Part shown: positions 18,313 to 27,314 of the stretch, in pieces
Position numbering within the stretch: the first letter of the stretch is position 1
How the letters are laid out: each line of letters opens with the position of its first letter
IMG/VR virus record: IMGVR_UViG_3300029305_001083
Strand: one strand, 5' to 3'
Length of the DNA: 64,000 nucleotides
Origin: an uncultured virus (IMG/VR IMGVR_UViG_3300029305_001083)
Taxonomy: Duplodnaviria; Heunggongvirae; Uroviricota; Caudoviricetes
Made by a program: the position numbers and the translations under genes
Notes under the pieces: generated by a model
Database searches by the model: none
The model's input: the letters and a program-made list of their open reading frames with translations, nothing else
Told to the model about the DNA's origin: nothing

Positions 18313-19071
18313 ATGGAAAAAGTGAAAAATTTTTGTGTTGAAAATGGCGCTAGTATCTTAACTGGTGTTGGTGTTGTAGGTGTTGTTAGTACGGCTGTAT
18401 TAGCAGCAACAGCAACCCCAAAAGCTTTACGTTTATTAGAAGAGAAAGAGCGTGTGGCTAAAGAAACATACGATGAAGAGTTGACTAGATTTGAAAAAAT
18501 TATTGCTGTTACTCCAGCTTATATTCCGGCAGTTCTTAGCGGATTAGCCACGGCATCATGTATCTTAGGTGCGAATCATATTAATAAAAAACAACAAGCT
18601 TCTTTAATGAGTGCATATACATATTTGGCAACTTCATTTGGAGAATATAGACGAAAAGTTAAAGAGGTATTCGGCGAAGAGGGTGACGCTAAAGTTTGTC
18701 AAGAGCTAGAGAAAGAGGTTGATTTATATTTAAAATACGGCTCACTACACGAAACACGATTATTCTATGACGAAATCTCAAAAAGATATTTCGAGATGAG
18801 CATGTATGAAATGAAAGAAGCCGAGTATAACATGAATAGAATGTTTAATTTCTTAGGGGCTCTTAAGTTAAACGAAGTATATGAATTCTTCAATCTAGGT
18901 CCAACTGAATATGGAGAAACCGTTGGATGGGCTGCTTTACGTGATTGGGAAGTTATTGGATATTCTTGGATCGAAGCGACATTTGACGAGATTGAAACAC
19001 CTGATGGTCTACAAGCATTCTCTATCAGATTCAACATGGAACCAACCAAGGATTATCTTCAATGGTATTAG
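18313..19071 (+). CDS. DUF6353-like protein, paralog 1
   Basis: ILTGVGVVGVVSTAVLAA.ATPKA...Y.PA...L..AY...EYR.KV....GEE...LNE.Y...G...GW. Confidence 0.7.
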   Translation: MEKVKNFCVENGASILTGVGVVGVVSTAVLAATATPKALRLLEEKERVAKETYDEELTRFEKIIAVTPAYIPAVLSGLATASCILGANHINKKQQASLMSAYTYLATSFGEYRRKVKEVFGEEGDAKVCQELEKEVDLYLKYGSLHETRLFYDEISKRYFEMSMYEMKEAEYNMNRMFNFLGALKLNEVYEFFNLGPTEYGETVGWAALRDWEVIGYSWIEATFDEIETPDGLQAFSIRFNMEPTKDYLQWY

Positions 19072-19072
19072 T

Positions 19073-19103
19073 ACGCGAAAAATACATGGTCCTTTATGAG
19101 AAG
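19073..19103 (+). promoter_or_regulatory. 31-bp motif copy 3
   Basis: ACGCGAAAAATACATGGTCCTTTATGAGAAG. Confidence 0.7.
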
Positions 19104-19130
19104 ATAATAAATTTAAGGAGAGTGTTAATT

Positions 19131-19316
19131 ATGATGAACAATGAAAATATTAACTTTTTAAAAGCTTGGAGTAAAGCTGAGGAAGCTATTAAGATGATGA
19201 ATAAATATCGAGATAACGACGAGGCTAAATACGCTGAGTGGGAAAAAGTATACTATGATCAAATGGCCATCACAAAAGCAGTAATCCGTAAACAATATTT
19301 GAAAGCTCAAAAGTAG
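19131..19316 (+). CDS. small hypothetical protein (cassette ORF)
   Basis: AAGGAGAG SD; followed by GCAA-tetraloop hairpin 19309-19338. Confidence 0.7.
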   Translation: MMNNENINFLKAWSKAEEAIKMMNKYRDNDEAKYAEWEKVYYDQMAITKAVIRKQYLKAQK

Positions 19317-19340
19317 GCACGCAAGTGCTTTTACTTTTCC

Positions 19341-19371
19341 ACGCGAAATTCACAACGCCTATTATGAGAAA
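19341..19371 (+). promoter_or_regulatory. 31-bp motif copy 4
   Basis: ACGCGAAATTCACAACGCCTATTATGAGAAA. Confidence 0.7.
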
Positions 19372-19402
19372 GACGAAACTAATTTAAAGGAGAGTGTTCT
19401 TT

Positions 19403-19573
19403 ATGAAAAATTTCAAAGTCGATACTGTTCAAGTGGTTGCATTATTAGGTGGTGCGTTTGCTGTAGTAGGTTCAATGTTAACGGACTATGCTAATGATAA
19501 AAAACTTGAAGGTGTTGTTAATGAAAAAGTAGCTAAAGCCATTGCCGAACAATTAGGTAAGATTACTCATTAA
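19403..19573 (+). CDS. 56-aa protein with hydrophobic segment (not in ORF track)
   Basis: MKNFKVDTVQVVALLGGAFAVVGSMLTDYANDKK...; AAGGAGAG SD; hairpin 19572-19598. Confidence 0.7.
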   Translation: MKNFKVDTVQVVALLGGAFAVVGSMLTDYANDKKLEGVVNEKVAKAIAEQLGKITH

Positions 19574-19634
19574 GAATAAGCCACAACGGCTTGTTCTTTT
19601 GCGTTTCACAAATTTATATTTAGGAGGTATTAGT

Positions 19635-20375
19635 ATGGACCTTAAGGAGATCAGAAATGAGGTTATTAATAAGGTATCTAAGAAAAGCCCGGAGATTCTT
19701 GTCGGATTTGGTTTGGCTGGTATGCTTACAAGTACCGTGTTGGCAGTTAAGGCGACACCCAAAGCTCTTGATATTTTAGAACAAGAGGATGAAGATTTAA
19801 CTAAATTGGAAGTAGTTAAGAAAACTTGGAAATGCTATGTACCAGCGGCCGTTGGATATTGTACGTCAGCAGCTTGTATTATCGCAGCTACCACAACTCA
19901 AAATAAACGACATGCGATGTTAGCCGGCGCTTATAAATTATCCGAGTCAGCGTTACTCGAATATAGAAATAAAGTTGTGGAGACACTTGGCGAAGAGAAA
20001 GAGAAGGAGATTCGTGATTCAATCGCCAAGGATAGAGTTGAAGATAGACCTGTAGTAGTTAACTGTCTAGGTAAGGAGGAATTCCTATGTTACGATATGC
20101 TATCCGGACGTTACTTCAAATCAAGCATCGACGTGATTCAGAAAGCGGTAAACGATATGAACTACAAGCTGTTGAACGACAACATCTTATCGTTGAACGA
20201 GTTCTATTTCGAATTAGGCATGAAACCAACCGATATCGGGTATGAACAAGGATGGGATATTTCAAAAGGAATGATTGAAGTTTCATTTAGCTCAATCATT
20301 TCGGAAGATGATAAACCGTGTATTGTTATGCATTTTGATAATCCACCGCAATATGGATTTGATAGATTTATGTAG
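19635..20375 (+). CDS. DUF6353-like protein, paralog 2
   Basis: SPEILVGFG...ATPKA...CYDMLSGRYF...LNEFY..LG...GW. Confidence 0.75.
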   Translation: MDLKEIRNEVINKVSKKSPEILVGFGLAGMLTSTVLAVKATPKALDILEQEDEDLTKLEVVKKTWKCYVPAAVGYCTSAACIIAATTTQNKRHAMLAGAYKLSESALLEYRNKVVETLGEEKEKEIRDSIAKDRVEDRPVVVNCLGKEEFLCYDMLSGRYFKSSIDVIQKAVNDMNYKLLNDNILSLNEFYFELGMKPTDIGYEQGWDISKGMIEVSFSSIISEDDKPCIVMHFDNPPQYGFDRFM

Positions 20376-20376
20376 T

Positions 20377-20407
20377 ACGCGAAAATTACATTCTGTATTA
20401 TGAGAGA
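20377..20407 (+). promoter_or_regulatory. 31-bp motif copy 5
   Basis: ACGCGAAAATTACATTCTGTATTATGAGAGA. Confidence 0.7.
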
Positions 20408-20475
20408 GTGAGACCTCGGTTGGAGCGGTCATTCACGACGCAGCGCAGGTGGTTCGATTCCACACTCGCTCTTTC
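20402..20475 (+). ncRNA. degenerate tRNA-like RNA
   Basis: 11-bp closing stem GAGAGAGTGAG/CTCGCTCTTTC; T-arm GTGG-TTCGATT-CCAC; D-like CTC-GGTTG-GAG; poor anticodon arm; no CCA. Confidence 0.55.
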
Positions 20476-20512
20476 TTTTTTTGTTTTATATTTTAGAGAG
20501 GAGATGTTTATT

Positions 20513-21115
20513 ATGAACGAATACAAAGGTAATTCTCATAGAAGCAAAGAGGAGGCTTCTACAGAAGTAGTACCGGTTAAAAAAGTTGAGCGTGTTGCTA
20601 ATGGTAAAACTCGTAAGAAAGGTGAGGTTCGAAAATTAGCTGATGCGTTTATAGCGGAAGATGTTAAGAGCGTAAAAGATTATATTATTCAAGACGTATT
20701 AATTCCAGCTGCTAAAAAAGCTATTGTCGAGATGGTCGATAGCGGTATTAATATGTTGATATATGGTGAATCTAAACCTAGAAATAAAGATAGAAATAAT
20801 TCACGAGTATCTTATACTAAATACTACGAACGAGAACGAGATTATGACCGAGGAACACGAACACGAGTTCGAGGATACGACTATGATGATATTATTCTAG
20901 ACACTCGTAGAGAAGCAGAAGAAGTATTAGATAGAATGCAAGACTTAATTGATACTTATGGTATGGTGAGCGTTGCTGATTTATACGATTTAGTTGGTAT
21001 CAATGGAAGCTATACGGATAATAAATACGGATGGACTCGTTTACGAGATGCGGATGTTCAACGTGTGAGAGATGGATATTTACTTAAACTTCCAAAAGCT
21101 TTACCATTCGATTAA
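20513..21115 (+). CDS. conserved phage protein
   Basis: EAEEVLDRM..LIDTYG.VSVADLYDLVG...DNKYGW...DGYLL.LP; GAGGAG SD. Confidence 0.75.
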   Translation: MNEYKGNSHRSKEEASTEVVPVKKVERVANGKTRKKGEVRKLADAFIAEDVKSVKDYIIQDVLIPAAKKAIVEMVDSGINMLIYGESKPRNKDRNNSRVSYTKYYERERDYDRGTRTRVRGYDYDDIILDTRREAEEVLDRMQDLIDTYGMVSVADLYDLVGINGSYTDNKYGWTRLRDADVQRVRDGYLLKLPKALPFD

Positions 21116-21139
21116 AAAATTCCGGGGAGGGAAAATTCT

Positions 21140-21337
21140 ATGATCTTTTTAGATGCTCTGTTTGCTTTCTTCTTATACAAATTCTTTGGTGAAGGTGCTC
21201 TTTATATTTTGGCAATTACTTGTTGTGTTTCTTTTCTTCGTAATTGGGGAAAAGTAGGTTTTGTTGCCGGTATCTATCAAGATGCCATTATTAATAATTT
21301 ATTGAAAAAGGAGGTAAATGAAGATGAAAGTCTTTAA
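21140..21337 (+). CDS. small membrane protein
   Basis: Hydrophobic ORF with SD. Confidence 0.55.
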   Translation: MIFLDALFAFFLYKFFGEGALYILAITCCVSFLRNWGKVGFVAGIYQDAIINNLLKKEVNEDESL

Positions 21338-21530
21338 AAACTTCTGGAAGGAGAAAAAACGCGAGATGACTGTTGAAGCTTTCGATACTATTGTTGAGAA
21401 TAAATTAGAAAATAATAAACGTGAAATAGCTATAGCGGCCGGCGTAGTAGCTGGCCTTGTAATTTTAGGTTGCTTACATATGAGACACTCATCAAAGCAA
21501 CCACAAACGGTGATTTATATTATTAAATAA
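21318..21530 (+). CDS. small membrane protein
   Basis: AAGGAGG SD; single TM. Confidence 0.6.
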   Translation: MKMKVFKNFWKEKKREMTVEAFDTIVENKLENNKREIAIAAGVVAGLVILGCLHMRHSSKQPQTVIYIIK

Positions 21531-21544
21531 GGAGAGTGTTATTT

Positions 21545-21643
21545 ATGGGTAGCTTTGGTATTGTTATTGGTTATATGTTAATTGGGAGTGTCATTGGACA
21601 CAATTTATATAAAATGATTAAAAAATCTAAAGGAGTGTGTTAA
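21545..21643 (+). CDS. 32-aa hydrophobic peptide (not in ORF track)
   Basis: AAGGAGAGTGTT SD; MGSFGIVIGYMLIGSVIGHNLYKMIKKSKGVC. Confidence 0.5.
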   Translation: MGSFGIVIGYMLIGSVIGHNLYKMIKKSKGVC

Positions 21644-21645
21644 TT

Positions 21646-22560
21646 ATGAAAGAAAAATTTGTTAACGTATATAATGGTGTTAAAGGTAAAGTTGAAAAAC
21701 ATAGCCCTGAAATTTTAATGGGTGTTGGTGTTGTTGGTATTGTTACAGGTACTGTAATGGCTTGTCGAGCAACTATGAAATTAAATGATATTTTAGAAGA
21801 AGCACAAGAAACACGAGATAAAATCAAAGAAGTTGAATCTAATCCAGACTATGAAGATAAATACACAGCAGAAGATGCTAAAAAAGATTTAACTATTAAC
21901 TACGTTCAAACAGGAGTTAAAGTTGCAAAATTATATGCTCCAGCCGTAGCTGTTAGTGTTGCTGGGGTTGGATGTGTGTTGGCTTCACATGATATTATGA
22001 AAAAACGTAACGTTGCATTATCAGCGGCATATTTAACAGTCGATAAATCTTTCAAAGAATACAAACAACGAGTTGTAGATCGTTTCGGGGAAGAAGTAGA
22101 AAAAGAAATCCGTTATGGAATTAAAGCTGAAGAGATTGTTGAAACTGTTACGGACGAAGAGGGAAACGAAACAACTGTAACAGAAACAGTTAAAACAATG
22201 AATCCAACTTTATATTCTGATTACGCTCGTTTCTTCGATGAAGCAAGCCCATGTTGGCAAAATGATCCAGAATACAATTTAATGTTCTTACGAGCTCAAC
22301 AACAATACGCAAACGATTTACTACGAGCAAAAGGGCGTTTATTCTTAAATGATGTATATGACATGTTAGGAATCGAGAAAACTAAAGCTGGACAAATTGT
22401 TGGTTGGGTATATGATAGAGAGAATCCAAATGGAGACAACTTCGTTGACTTCGGTATTTATGATATGAGCAAAGAACGTGTTCGAGCATTCGTAAATGGA
22501 TATGAAACAAACATCTTATTAGATTTTAATGTTGATGGAAATATTTGGGATTTAATGTAA
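21646..22560 (+). CDS. DUF6353-like protein, paralog 3
   Basis: HSPEILMGVG...LYAPAV...LSAAY...FKEYKQRV...FLNDVYDMLG...GQIVGW. Confidence 0.75.
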   Translation: MKEKFVNVYNGVKGKVEKHSPEILMGVGVVGIVTGTVMACRATMKLNDILEEAQETRDKIKEVESNPDYEDKYTAEDAKKDLTINYVQTGVKVAKLYAPAVAVSVAGVGCVLASHDIMKKRNVALSAAYLTVDKSFKEYKQRVVDRFGEEVEKEIRYGIKAEEIVETVTDEEGNETTVTETVKTMNPTLYSDYARFFDEASPCWQNDPEYNLMFLRAQQQYANDLLRAKGRLFLNDVYDMLGIEKTKAGQIVGWVYDRENPNGDNFVDFGIYDMSKERVRAFVNGYETNILLDFNVDGNIWDLM

Positions 22561-22579
22561 ATTGAAAGGGGATGTTATT

Positions 22580-23023
22580 ATGAATAAAAGTAGAGTATTA
22601 AAAATATGTACTGGTGCTTGTGTGGGTGGTTTAATTGGGTTTGGTATTGATACAATAATAAAACATCGTAAATTAAATAAAGCATTTGATGATGCAATCG
22701 ATAAAAAAGATTTAGAAGAAGCGAGAAAAATAGAAAAAGAAATAAAAGTAATCGAAACCAATGTTGATATTGTATTAAAAATTGCTACGGTAGTAGTATC
22801 TTTTAAATTCGCATATGATATCGTAAAACAAATACAATCTAATCGCGAATTCAACGAATTAAATTTCACAATGACATTATGTCATATTTTAGATACAGAT
22901 GAATCTATAAATAATTCCGACAAATTAGATTTAATAAATAAAATAATAGATTCAGGGAAATTCGGAGAAAAAGCCATTAAAATATTAAAAGATCAAGTTA
23001 CTGAAATCGTGGAGGTGAACTAA
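22580..23023 (+). CDS. hypothetical protein
   Basis: ORF with SD; AT-rich. Confidence 0.6.
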   Translation: MNKSRVLKICTGACVGGLIGFGIDTIIKHRKLNKAFDDAIDKKDLEEARKIEKEIKVIETNVDIVLKIATVVVSFKFAYDIVKQIQSNREFNELNFTMTLCHILDTDESINNSDKLDLINKIIDSGKFGEKAIKILKDQVTEIVEVN

Positions 23024-23024
23024 T

Positions 23025-23306
23025 ATGAATAAATACATAACTAAAACTGTCGATAAAGTTTTAGATTTAGATATTCAAGAATTAGTTCACCCGGATAAAT
23101 GTACACTACCACAAGTAAGAAATGCTATGAATATGAATGATAATATCGCAGATAACGCAATTAAAATGATGATAACAAAAAGCGGAGCAATTGCGATTTT
23201 AATCGTTGTTGGTGGTATTGTATTTAAAATGATAGAACCGAATATCACCAATATTATATTGGCTAAAAATTCAAAAGAGTTAGAAAATAATAAAGAGGAG
23301 GAATAG
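23025..23306 (+). CDS. hypothetical membrane protein
   Basis: GGAGG SD; one TM. Confidence 0.6.
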   Translation: MNKYITKTVDKVLDLDIQELVHPDKCTLPQVRNAMNMNDNIADNAIKMMITKSGAIAILIVVGGIVFKMIEPNITNIILAKNSKELENNKEEE

Positions 23307-23308
23307 TT

Positions 23309-23866
23309 ATGAAAGGCTTATTTATATTTGCTGCCGGCTTAGCTGTTGGTGCTATTGCCGGAGCTTGTTTAGTACGTAATAAAGCGTTAGAAGACGCTAA
23401 ACAAGAAGTAGAAGAAGTACGTGAATATTATAGAGAAAAACTTAATGAAGTTAAAGAAGAGGAGCCTCAAGTTGAAGTAGAGGTTCCTCAAGATGTTGAT
23501 GTAGTGAAAGATATTGTTAAAGAAAACGGGTATACAAACTATAATAAACCACAAACTATTAACGTTCCACAATATGATGATCCATATGTTATCGATCCAT
23601 CAGAGTTTGGTGAAGAGCCAGGCTATGATACAATGACTTTAACATATTTCGCAGATGGCGTATTAGTGGATGATGTGGATGACGTTATCGAACAAGCGGA
23701 TGTCGTTGTGGGACTTGAAAACCTTAAGGTGTTTGAAGAGTTCGGCGCGACAGCAGTCTATGTGCGAAATGATATTTATAGAACGGATTATGAGATTCTA
23801 CGAGACGATTGGAATTATTCAGACCTGAAAGAGCCACCGTTCGAGAAGAAACCTCATCAATTATAG
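23309..23866 (+). CDS. acidic protein with N-terminal membrane anchor
   Basis: PYVIDPSEFG...LTYFADGVL...VYVRND....DYEI. Confidence 0.7.
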   Translation: MKGLFIFAAGLAVGAIAGACLVRNKALEDAKQEVEEVREYYREKLNEVKEEEPQVEVEVPQDVDVVKDIVKENGYTNYNKPQTINVPQYDDPYVIDPSEFGEEPGYDTMTLTYFADGVLVDDVDDVIEQADVVVGLENLKVFEEFGATAVYVRNDIYRTDYEILRDDWNYSDLKEPPFEKKPHQL

Positions 23867-23895
23867 TCTCCGGGTAAAGAGAGGAGGAGATTATA

Positions 23896-24405
23896 ATGCA
23901 TGAAGTATTAGATGATTACTTTGATTGGTTATATCACTTAGCTATGTATGATGAAGATGGCTGGGGATTCATGAAGTTATTTGGAATGTTACACGATATT
24001 AGCTTTAGATATTCCGTCGACTATGATGAGAATCGAGCAGCTGATGGAGAAAATATGAGATGGTATTACGTAAACGATGGTGGTGATATTCGTATAATGG
24101 ACTGGGCCCGTCCTTGTACGGTATTAGAGCTTATCGTTTCGGTAGCATTACATATGGAAAACATTACGGGCGAGATGGATATTCGCTATTGGTTCTGGCG
24201 AATGCTTGATAATCTCGACTTATCATGGATGACGGATAGGAAGTTTGATTCTGCTTATGTATACGGACAAATAGAGATATTCTTAGATAGAGATTACGAA
24301 CCAGATGGACGAGGAAATATTATTCATATTCCTGGTTGCAAGGAAGATTTACGAGAAGTTGAAATATGGAAACAAATGTGTTGGTATTTAGATAGTTTTT
24401 TATAA
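23896..24405 (+). CDS. conserved phage protein upstream of primase
   Basis: DENRAADG...CTVLE...WFWRMLDNL...EIWKQMCWYL. Confidence 0.7.
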   Translation: MHEVLDDYFDWLYHLAMYDEDGWGFMKLFGMLHDISFRYSVDYDENRAADGENMRWYYVNDGGDIRIMDWARPCTVLELIVSVALHMENITGEMDIRYWFWRMLDNLDLSWMTDRKFDSAYVYGQIEIFLDRDYEPDGRGNIIHIPGCKEDLREVEIWKQMCWYLDSFL

Positions 24406-24466
24406 GGAGGTTTTAAATATGGATCAAGAAACACGTTGTTAGTAATAAAGGAGGGGACTTAACGGT

Positions 24467-27178
24467 ATGATTGATTTCTTAATGATCTCGACACGTAGTA
24501 CGAAACGAGGCGTTATCGAAATCTATCCAAAATTCATAATCAAAAAGAGCTCCGACCTTATGATTAGAGGTGGAGACTTCTATGCAATATGGTTGGAAGA
24601 ACGAGGATTATGGTCAACCGATGAACAAGACGCACTACAATTAATAGATAAAGAACTTGATAAATACGCGGAAGAGAACAAAGATAGATTTGATGCTACG
24701 ATTCGGGTTCTGCATATGTGGGACGCCGAATCTGGCATGATAGACGCCTGGCATAAATATTGTCAACGGCAAATGCGGGATTCTTTCCATACTCTAGATG
24801 ACAAATTGATATTCTCAAATATGAAAACGGATAAGACGGATTACGCAAGTAAACGACTATCATACCCCCTAGAGGATGGAGACTATTCTTCATTTGAAAA
24901 ACTTATTTCGACTTTATATACTCCAGAGGAAAGACATAAGATTGAATGGTCTATAGGTTCTATTGTATCGGGAGAATCAAAGAATATTCAAAAGTTTATG
25001 GTGTTCTATGGTTCAGCGGGTACAGGTAAGTCGACAATCTTAAATATTATACAACAATTATTCGATGGATATTACTCGGTGTTTGACGCGCGGGCACTGG
25101 GTTCTAGTAGTAATTCATTCGCACTTGAATCATTTAAGAGTAATCCACTTGTAGCTATTCAACATGACGGTGACTTATCACGAATTGAGGATAATACAAG
25201 ACTTAATAGTTTAGTTTCTCATGAGCTGATGACGGTAAATGAAAAGTTTAAAGCCGCATATTCGAGTAGATTTAATTGTTTCTTATATATGGGTACGAAC
25301 AAGCCGGTAAAGATTACAGACGCTAAATCGGGTTTAATACGACGTTTGATAGACGTATCACCGTCAGGTAACAAATTAAGCCCAGTTGAGTATAAAGCAG
25401 TTATGAAAAGAGTCTCATTCGAGCTCGGTGCAATCGCGAAGCACTGTCTGGATGTCTTCAATGCAAACCCGGGAGCATATGACGACTACGTCCCAATCTC
25501 TATGATGGGAGCTTCGAATGATTTCTATAACTATGTATTAGACGCATACCCAGTATTTAAGAAAGAAAACGCAACGACACTTAAATGTGCGTGGGAAATG
25601 TATAAAAACTATTGTGATGAGGCTAAAGTACCATATCCGATGTCGAAACGAGTATTTAAAGAGGAATTAAGAAACTACTTTAAAGATTATAAAGAACGAT
25701 ATAGACTTGATGATGAAACACGAGTTAGAAGTTATTATATAGGTTTCAGAGAAGAGAAATTCGAAGAGGAGCAAACTGAGGTAAAACCTGTAGAAGAGAA
25801 ACCGAAATTGATATTTGAGTATACAGAATCGATATTCGATGAACTATGTGAGGATTGTTTCGCTCAGTATGCTACTGATAAAGGAACACCAAGTAAAAAA
25901 TGGGATAATGTTGCCACGACTCTAAAGGATATTGATACGAGTCAGCTTCATTATGTTAAGGTTCCGGAGAATCATATAGTTATTGACTTTGATATTCCAG
26001 ACGAAAACGGAAACAAGTCATTAGAACGTAATTTAGAAGAAGCAAGCAAATGGCCACCAACTTACGGCGAGCTCAGTAAGAGCGGAAACGGCGTTCACTT
26101 GCATTATATTTACACGGGAGACCCTAGTAAACTTAGCTCGATATATTCCGAACATATTGAGGTTAAGGTATACTCGGGTAAAAGTTCATTAAGACGTAAA
26201 CTTACGAGATGTAATGATTTACCTATAGCAAATATTAGTTCTGGGTTACCATTGAGAGGAGAGGATAAAGTGGTTAACTTTGAGGCTATTAAAACTGAGA
26301 AAGGTATTCGTACGCTTATTAAGCGAAATATTAGAAAGGAGATTCATCCGGGAACAAAACCTAGCATCGACTTTATTCATAAGATATTAGAAGATGCTTA
26401 TAATAGCGATTTACATTATGATGTAACGGATTTACGACCAGCAGTACTATCATTTGCAGCACAGAGCACACATCAAGCTGATTATTGTATTAAGTTAGTG
26501 AACCAAATGCAGTTTAAATCAAAAGAAGCATCAAATGCAGTGTTGAATGATAGTGAAAAAATTATATTCTACGATGTTGAGGTATTCCCTAACTTGTTCT
26601 TAGTCAATTGGAAATTCCAAGGAGACGACCAAAAAGTGGTTCGTATGATTAACCCTAAGCCGGCTCAAATAGAAGAGTTGATGCGTTTTAGACTTGTTGG
26701 GTTTAACTGTAGACGATACGATAATCATATTATGTATGCAAGAATGATGGGATATTCTAACGAACAATTATACAAACTATCACAAAAAATTGTTACACAA
26801 GGTCAAGGATTCTTCGGAGAGGCGTATAACTTATCATATACGGACGTTTACGACTTTGCGGCTAAGAAACAATCTCTTAAAAAATGGGAGATTGAACTAG
26901 GTATTCATCACCAAGAGTTAGGATTACCTTGGGATGAGCCGGTACCAGAAGAACGTTGGATTGAAGTAGCTGAATATTGTGATAATGATGTTATTGCTAC
27001 AGAAGCAGTATTCAACGAATTAAAAGGCGACTTTACAGCGAGAAAGATATTAGCCGACTTAGCTGGTATGACAGTAAATGATACAACAAATACGCTTACT
27101 ACAAGAATTATATTTGGTAAAGAACGTCACCCTCAACTTGTCTATACAGACTTGGCAACGGGTGAACAATTCTATTAG
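24467..27178 (+). CDS. fused SF3-type helicase, primase (AEP-like) and 3'-5' proofreading exonuclease
   Basis: Walker A GSAGTGKS; VIDFD...SKSGNGVHLHY; ExoI FYDVEVF, ExoII GFNCRRYD, ExoIII YCDNDV. Confidence 0.85.
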   Translation: MIDFLMISTRSTKRGVIEIYPKFIIKKSSDLMIRGGDFYAIWLEERGLWSTDEQDALQLIDKELDKYAEENKDRFDATIRVLHMWDAESGMIDAWHKYCQRQMRDSFHTLDDKLIFSNMKTDKTDYASKRLSYPLEDGDYSSFEKLISTLYTPEERHKIEWSIGSIVSGESKNIQKFMVFYGSAGTGKSTILNIIQQLFDGYYSVFDARALGSSSNSFALESFKSNPLVAIQHDGDLSRIEDNTRLNSLVSHELMTVNEKFKAAYSSRFNCFLYMGTNKPVKITDAKSGLIRRLIDVSPSGNKLSPVEYKAVMKRVSFELGAIAKHCLDVFNANPGAYDDYVPISMMGASNDFYNYVLDAYPVFKKENATTLKCAWEMYKNYCDEAKVPYPMSKRVFKEELRNYFKDYKERYRLDDETRVRSYYIGFREEKFEEEQTEVKPVEEKPKLIFEYTESIFDELCEDCFAQYATDKGTPSKKWDNVATTLKDIDTSQLHYVKVPENHIVIDFDIPDENGNKSLERNLEEASKWPPTYGELSKSGNGVHLHYIYTGDPSKLSSIYSEHIEVKVYSGKSSLRRKLTRCNDLPIANISSGLPLRGEDKVVNFEAIKTEKGIRTLIKRNIRKEIHPGTKPSIDFIHKILEDAYNSDLHYDVTDLRPAVLSFAAQSTHQADYCIKLVNQMQFKSKEASNAVLNDSEKIIFYDVEVFPNLFLVNWKFQGDDQKVVRMINPKPAQIEELMRFRLVGFNCRRYDNHIMYARMMGYSNEQLYKLSQKIVTQGQGFFGEAYNLSYTDVYDFAAKKQSLKKWEIELGIHHQELGLPWDEPVPEERWIEVAEYCDNDVIATEAVFNELKGDFTARKILADLAGMTVNDTTNTLTTRIIFGKERHPQLVYTDLATGEQFY

Positions 27179-27179
27179 T

Positions 27180-27210
27180 ACGCGAAAATAACAACGTATA
27201 TTATGAGAAA
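27180..27210 (+). promoter_or_regulatory. 31-bp motif copy 6
   Basis: ACGCGAAAATAACAACGTATATTATGAGAAA. Confidence 0.7.
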
Positions 27211-27287
27211 GAAGGGTAGCTCAACCAGGTGAGAGCAGCACCGTAAAACGTGAAGGTTGTCGGTTCAAATCCGACCTCTTCTTTTTC
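27205..27287 (+). ncRNA. tRNA-like RNA/pseudo-tRNA between exonuclease and polymerase ORFs
   Basis: Acceptor AGAAGGG/CTCTTCT (extendable to 12 bp), TA, D-arm GCTC..GG..GAGC, T-arm GTCGG-TTCAAAT-CCGAC; defective anticodon arm; no CCA. Confidence 0.7.
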
Positions 27288-27314
27288 TTTTCTATTTTAA
27301 AGGAGAGGATTATT

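Noticed and set aside
27210..27283. Functional decoding tRNA
   Set aside because: Anticodon stem cannot form 5 bp with a 7-nt U33 loop, and there is no CCA; reported as tRNA-like instead.
27179..27314. Group I/II intron or intein splitting the polymerase
   Set aside because: Only ~136 bp, no intron core or homing ORF, and the downstream part has its own strong SD and ATG.
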